Shown here one piece after another: positions 57,783-64,000 of a stretch of 64,000 bases of DNA. The position numbers and the translations under genes were made by a program. Below the pieces are notes generated by a model. It made no database searches. It had not been told where the DNA came from and saw only the letters and a program-made list of their open reading frames with translations. Numbering within the stretch: the first letter of the stretch is position 1; each line of letters begins with the position of its first letter. This stretch comes from Raillietiella orientalis (lineage: Eukaryota): the NCBI GenBank assembly GCA_036172245.1, contig JAYWIR010000003.1:124001-188000 (forward strand). The letters are read 5' to 3'.

Positions 57783-58767
57783 AGGGATCTCCCCTTTGTC
57801 TGCGAAGCTTCCGAGGGCCGTGGGTCTCCAGTCCTCCCGACCGCGCGGCGATCCTGAGAGGCCGATCGGTGGGAGATCACCCCCCTCCCTCCCTCCCTCC
57901 TCTCGCAACGATCTTCTCCTCCGCCCCTGCTCTGCAGGAGGGCTTCAAGGACGCAGCCGATCGGTCCCGGCGCAAGCTCGGGAGGGCTTTTTCCTCGGGT
58001 GCTGCCCTCCTGGAACTCTGGGAGGAGGCAGGGGACCCGCCGGCGCTCTCCCACCGGGGCCAGCAGCACCCTACGAGGGGTCAGGAAGGGAGTCACCGCG
58101 GTCAGCAAGGGATGGATCCTGCCTCCCAGCCCCGCCTTTCCAGGAGGGTCCGCCTGTCGCACTCGCGCCATGAGGGAGAGGGATGGGGCGGCTCCGGGCC
58201 TGCCAAGAGGCACGTCGCCCGCGCGGAAGGCGGGCAGCAGATCGGGAAGACGCTGCGAGGGGTGCGCGTCCCTCCCTGAGGGAGGTCCTGCTTTGACTGG
58301 TGACCAGGGAGCTTCCGGAGAGGGACCGCTGCAGCAGGGCGGAAAGAAACGTCGGTCGATGCCCTCTCGGTCGCTGTCCGCGTCTTTGCCCCGCCTCCTC
58401 CCTCCAAGGGAGGGTAGCTGCAGAGGCCTTTCGCCCCGGAAGACGGATCCGCGCGCCGCAGCAGCTGCGCAGGTGCTCGGCCTCAGTGGCCCGCACTCCC
58501 TTCCCGTCCTCCCGAGGAGCCTCGCAATCCCGCGGCCTAACCGAGATGCTGGGCCGAGTCGTTCCAGGAGCGGTTCGCGCGATGCCGGACGCTCCTCCTG
58601 CCTCCGGGTGCGGAGCGGATCTGCCTTTCCCGGACCCGGCGTCTCGGCTGAGCGGGGAGACGGGCCGCGCCGCAGGGATGCGGCGGTGATCCACCGTGGA
58701 CCACCACAGGGTGGATCGGCGCCCGCGATAATGCGGTCGAGGCGATGCCGAACCCCGGTCGGCTCCG
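57783..58767. repeat. ~985-bp dispersed repeat, copy 2 (upstream of Slo2)
   Basis: Near-identical to 22566-23550; the ORF-track translations are near-identical. Confidence 0.95.
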
Positions 58768-61700
58768 CGGCGGGACGGCTGAGTCCCCGGCGACCACACC
58801 CGCCCTGTCCCACCGCTCCTGCGGGAGCGGTCGGGCGTTCTCGCCGGCCGCTCGCGACGCTCAGCGGGAGTGAGTTGCTCGCGAGCGAGGCGGCTGTGCT
58901 AGTGGAGGGCCTCCGACCGCTCGACGCGAGGCTGGTCAGCGTCCGCAGGCAAAGTCATCTTCTCGGAGATCGGTGAGAACCGGGCGTTGGACCTGCGGGG
59001 AGGAACGCTGTCATGCCGCGGAACCGGCTGCTAGCAACGACATTGAGGTGCAGAGGCAAATGAGAATTTTCCAGCCTCTGTGGAACAGATCCAGGAAGGA
59101 AGGAGGATGCAGTGGACCGGAGGACTTCCTCCTTTCCTCCTCCCAATTCTCCCCTCCCCTTCCCTTCTACGGAATGAAATCATCCTTCCTGATTCCGTTT
59201 CTTTTCCCTGCGGGCGCAAGGAGAGCAACAGACGTCCTTGCTTGCTCGGGCCGCTCCGGTTCATCTGTCCGGGTCGGCGGCGAGGCATGAGTGCCACCGA
59301 GCGACCTGCGCCGCTGGCAGAGAGCGCGCGTGGGAGAAGCTCTTTCCTGTGTCCCCCTCCCCCACGAAATCGCCCCCCATACGCACACCCAAACTGGACC
59401 TGGAAACGCAGCGCACCGCGTAGAGCGGCCGACTGCAGATTTCGATCGCTCGATTTCAAGATGCGCGTCTGTGGCGAGGGATGGGGGTCCTCGGATGGAA
59501 CCTGAGAAAGAGGCTCTTCCCTGACGAAAAGGATGCTCTTCGCTCGCAGCGAAACCGAAAAGGGAGGCCCGTTTCGCGTTTCTATTCTTACAGAATTGAA
59601 TTTTTTGGAAAGATAGGAGTCGCTTGATCCCTTGGTCACGAACAGAAGGATGTCCGGGCAATTTCAGCACCCACCTATGTTCACCACCCTCATCGCGCTG
59701 CCGTAACGACCCAGTTCTCGCCGCTTGGAATGCTGACGTCACAACCAATGAGACGTGAAAATTAGCTGACAGCAAAGTAGAAGGGAAAAAGGGGGACTGA
59801 GCGAGAAGGGGTAGGAAGCACAATTGCCACACTTTTCAACTTTCGTGAAATTTGGTAGCAGAGACGTTTCCCCATCCCACGGCTCTCCACCGCGCTCCGG
59901 TAAACATTTGAAAGTTCTTTTGGTATTGCCGCGCGATGCCTGCGCGCGTCCCCTTCCTGGGACACCACTACGGCCGCTACCGAATGCGTCTCTGGCGGCG
60001 ACGACGGCCTCCCGTTGCCCCCGCCTGCGATAGGGTGAAAACGGAGCAGCGCGCTGCCCGCGCGAACGTCCGAAAACGAAGTCCTGGAACTAGCGGACCA
60101 GTGGGAATGTCGCCTTGGCAACGCGTCCGACACTCCCGCATGAGCGTCTCCATCTGCAAACGCAGAGTCCCGCGGTCTTGCACCGAGCTGGGCAGCCGCC
60201 TCCTACACCAGCAAGGGAGGGTCTCGGCCAGCGACTATGATCAGCTCGCCTAAACAGAGGCATGTGACGACCGTGCGCTCCGAACCGAAGCGCCGTCATT
60301 AAAACACGTGGTGTACGGGCCGTCGGACGATGGCTCCCTTAATGAAATCCTACGGATTTCATTAGAGGCCAGGGAAATCATGGAGACCGGATCGCAGGAC
60401 CGGTCCGGGATGCGAGTGCTCTTCGGTGTTTACCTTCCGAGAAGAAGGATGCTCTCTGATGGGGTCGGCGTAAGCCTCGAGCTGCAAAGAGCCCGTTACA
60501 GCTGGCGCAGAGAGCCATCCCGGAAAGCTGACTTTCCATTATTTTATTTTTTTTCTTCCCTCCCTCATCCCAAGGCGGACACCGAGCCACGCACATTCAT
60601 CAGGTGTTCAGAGTACGTGAAACGCAAACACGGACCGCGAAATGAAGAACGGGGGGAGACAAAAAACTGGGATTCGAAGGATTTCTCAACACGGGAACTC
60701 CGTCTCCCGAAGCGGATCCCTGCATGCTAATGTTCGACGTCCGCTTGCAGAGGGGCCGAGCAGGAAGCCAAGGGGGAGAGGGCGAGCGAAAACCGAGTGC
60801 GGCAGCTCTCGCGCGCTTCTCCGGAGACCTCGGCTCCAAAGGCTGGCGAAGAGCGCAAAGAGTGTACGTGCGGGAGCACAATGACTCTCTCGGGAATGGG
60901 CCAGACCCCCCTGTGCGCTCGGGAACCCCCGGCCGATCAATTAGACGCAGCCCGAGCAAGAAGTCTGCACTTGATCGTGGCTCTCTTCCCGAGATGGTGC
61001 AGTGAATATTAATACAAAACAAGCACGAGATAAACTCCATGCATGGAAAGTGAATATTCATAAGGGGAGAAACGGCTTAATCAGCTGCCCACTTGCTAGA
61101 GGGAGCCCTGGGGACCCCCCAGGATGGTTGCGAAAACAATCGTTACCCTGTCTACGCCAAATTAACTACCTGCCTCCTTCCAGCGGAATTCGGTGGCGCG
61201 GAAAGTGGGGGGAGGGAGGGGCGGGGGGGAAAGGAATTCCATTGTTGCAGCGTAAACACGGAAACCGCAAGCCGGGCTCATTGTTGGCTAGGTCGAGCTG
61301 AGAGGCGAACGCCGCGATCGGAAAGGCGGTTTCCGAGGCAACCGCGCGAAAAAAGCGCAGCAACGAGCTGAAGGCAGGTGTGCTCGCTGCAAGTGCGGAA
61401 TCCCTATGGAATATTCTTACCGCCATCGAGTGTAGCGTGGCTGTTGAATTCCAGAAGAGAAGTCTCCCAGGAAGCTGCGAGGAGCGATCTTCGCGCGCAA
61501 AATAACTTCCACACCAACTACGATTTTGCATTTATTTGTTTTTTTTTTTTGGCAACTTCGAGAAGAAACGGGACATCAGCGAGGAGTGTCAGCCCACAGT
61601 CGTCAGGAAAGAACTTTTGGAGATTTTTCAAGGGTTACAGGAATTTTCTTGTGTGTGTCTGCGTGTTTTTTGTTTTTTTTTTTTTTCGTTTTTCCCTTCG

Positions 61701-62519
61701 ATTGCGACCGGATAGGAAGAATGCGAAAGAAAAGATCGAATCCAGAATTCGTTTTTCCTCCTCGCGTCCAACTGAGTGCTCATAATGAGTCTCTGATGAG
61801 ATAATGGGATGCGGAGGAGGACTTCTTGATCTGTCCGTTTTTGTCTGTTAACTCAGGAGCACGCGCGCAAGAGCAGTGCACGGGAAGCTCCTTGGGAGAG
61901 AGCCGTCGCAGCAGGTTTTCTGGAAGCGGTTCTTTTTGCCTGCGCTCTGGGCTTTCGGTCTGAAGCTGAGACACGGCAAAGCGTAGGGAATTGGGGGAAC
62001 CGGAAGCGAGGGGTAATTGGGAGGAGAACGGAGACTGCGTTCGCACCGGAAGGACAGCCGGTCGCGATGGTGTCCGTGCTCGATTGCAATTGGAAGCCAA
62101 GAGCGACGGCAACTTCCGCTTCACCCCGAATGAAAATGAGGGAAGCCGAGGAAAGTAAAGAGAATCCGCAGAAGTAAATCACGTGATAGCTTGATTGAGC
62201 TGATTGTCCTGAATTATCTTGATGCCCGATCGATTAGTCCAGTCGATCAAGAACCAGGAGACCTTGTTGACCTTGCACACTATTCACGGTGCTGCTAATT
62301 GTCTGCGCCAGAACTTTTGCTCCTGAACGAAGACCACCGCCATCAACTTGGAAACTGAACTGAGAAAAACGGCGGCAACCGACCCTCACGCGGGATGCTC
62401 ACGTGCGTGTGTGCTACAGGCACCTACAACACGTGGGCCGAAGTTAACCCCCTTCCGTCGCCGCATGGTCAGAGCAGACCAATCCATAAACGACAGCGCA
62501 TTCTGATATGTGATTGATT

Positions 62520-63605
62520 CCGGGACACCGAAGAACAGCCGCCGACCTCGGGAGGGATCGATAGGGCATCCGGGCGCAAGAAATCCTCTCGAAGGGCGTG
62601 GGGCTTTGTGAATCGCTGGCGAGTCCGTACCAAAGGGGAGATTGAAACCGTCGAGAGAGACACGCCGACGTCTTCAGCTGAGAGGACGGTGAAGACCAGC
62701 ATCGAAGCATCGACGCATGGAGACTCCAGAGCGGCAAGAGGCGATCCAACAGTATTCGATCTTTACGTTTAAAATGAGGCAAGTGTTTCATCTGATTTGA
62801 TAATAGGCACTGCAACCTATCGCTTGATTCACTAGGGATCGTTTCTTTCGACGCTCTTTTGCAGTCCCGGCATTCTGTACAACACACCTTCGGAAAACAA
62901 ATCCAGGTGTGCGCCCCGCAGTTTGCTCACACCACGCTGAAGAACGGCCGGACCCTCCCCCTGAGGTGGCAGGGGTCGGCACTTCTGTTGCACTGGGGCC
63001 TCCCTTGCAACGCCCGTCGGTCTCAGTGGACCCGTAGGGCCGCGGACCCCAACTGTTGTAAATGCAGGGAACGAAAATCCTTCCCGCACCTGTTCGTAGA
63101 CTGTGCTGCTCTCCGGCCCCTGTGGTTGCATTTTACAACGGCCCTAGGAGCACCTTCGAACGCTCTCAGCGTCGTGTTCAAGTCCCTCTTTGTGCGCAAT
63201 GCTCCTTAGCCTGCCTCAGCCCTTGAAGCTCTTTGCTGCTGTCTACGTGGGATTTTGGCGGCCTGGAGCTACGCTCGAGGAGGACGGCGCGATAGGGACG
63301 CCATATGCTTCTCCCTGCGTTTCCTGTGGACGGCAGCAAGATGGCCCCACCTGGGGCATACTCGGATAAGTTGCCGACATCCTGGAAAGGACGTAGAGGG
63401 CGCTCTCCAGAGGACAGCGATCCTTTCTCGTGCCCCTTCAGAGTTTTTTTTTTCATTATTGATCTTTATTTTTGTTTGCCCCTCCGCTTCCGAGGCGAAC
63501 CTCGCTGGCCTGCATGCCGATCACTCAACAGGTTCCCGCCATTTTCGGACGATGTAGGGCTGATAGCCCTACACATGTATGTTTGTTATTTCTTACAATA
63601 AACGC
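62520..63605 (+). mobile_element. Degenerate 5'-truncated non-LTR retrotransposon (L1/Tx1-like) 3' end with zf-RVT
   Basis: LLLHWGLPCNARR..DPNCCKCRERKSFPHLFVDCAALRPLW fits the zf-RVT CxxC..HLF..C..W pattern. A PPTSGG segment upstream resembles the LPxxxGG motif. T-rich 3' region with AATAAA at 63597-63602. Confidence 0.75.
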
Positions 63606-64000
63606 CCTGGCGTGACTGGGTGATAAGCCACGCGCGTTCGGAGCGCTGGCGGTCGCCAGGATGTCTTGTAGAGCAGGTCGGCGCAAAACATCACATGATC
63701 CCTACAAGAAGCATCGAAAGTTGGGCTGCTGGAGCGACACTGAGCACAGCGGTCTGCATGCAGCACGAAGATCCTGAGTCGAAGGAGGCCCAGACCACAA
63801 AATGTGGCCACTTACCACGGCAGGTGGGCCCACTCGATCCCCCCAGCCCTTGCCTTCGATCCGCCCGGAGCATTCCTAACGTGCCTCATAGATGGCGGAC
63901 GCGCTCCCCGAGGGACACGCCACTGGCCATCGTTCCGCAGGCCGCCGCGCGTACCACCACACCACCCCTTCGCACGGAATGAGGACCTCGTCGGAGGGAA

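Noticed and set aside
57131..58813. 560-aa ORF (and its 406-aa twin at 22397-23617) as a duplicated gene
   Set aside because: The ORFs simply span the GC-rich repeat. They have no domain motifs, and their start and end regions differ between copies.
1..64000. Hundreds of 60-560 aa ORFs in the six-frame track
   Set aside because: They are R/G/P/S/A-rich, overlap on both strands and lack recognisable domains, as expected by chance in GC-rich intronic DNA. Only the segments matching Slo2 exons and the zf-RVT relic are supported.
1..64000. CRISPR arrays, operons, prokaryotic defence systems, rRNA
   Set aside because: I saw no regularly spaced repeat-spacer structure or rRNA motifs, and the spliceosomal exon-intron structure shows the DNA is eukaryotic.

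Overview
This is GC-rich, CpG-rich eukaryotic (animal, probably invertebrate/arthropod-like) genomic DNA, not prokaryotic. It is dominated by one multi-exon minus-strand gene encoding a Slo2/KCNT (Slack/Slick-family) large-conductance potassium channel. I could trace 22 coding exons by hand (47587 to 2100). All splice phases are consistent and the summed CDS is 3618 nt (1205 aa plus stop). The product has a Slick-like N-terminus ([13 protein letters not shown]), S1-S6 with a TVGYGD pore, and two RCK domains. The introns hold one copy of a ~985-bp near-identical repeat (the other copy lies upstream, 35.2 kb away), tRNA-derived SINE-like fragments, a probable Harbinger-like relic, a cryptic ~10-bp periodic tract and many polypurine tracts. 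The window ends with a degenerate L1/Tx1-like retrotransposon 3' end. The most interesting observations concern isoform architecture: several phase-compatible candidate alternative 5' exons, a duplicated exon 3' end with mostly synonymous changes, a probable GC-AG intron, and alternative C-terminal splicing. Nearly all ORFs in the supplied track are spurious GC-rich ORFs. No CRISPR array, rRNA or intact tRNA was seen.
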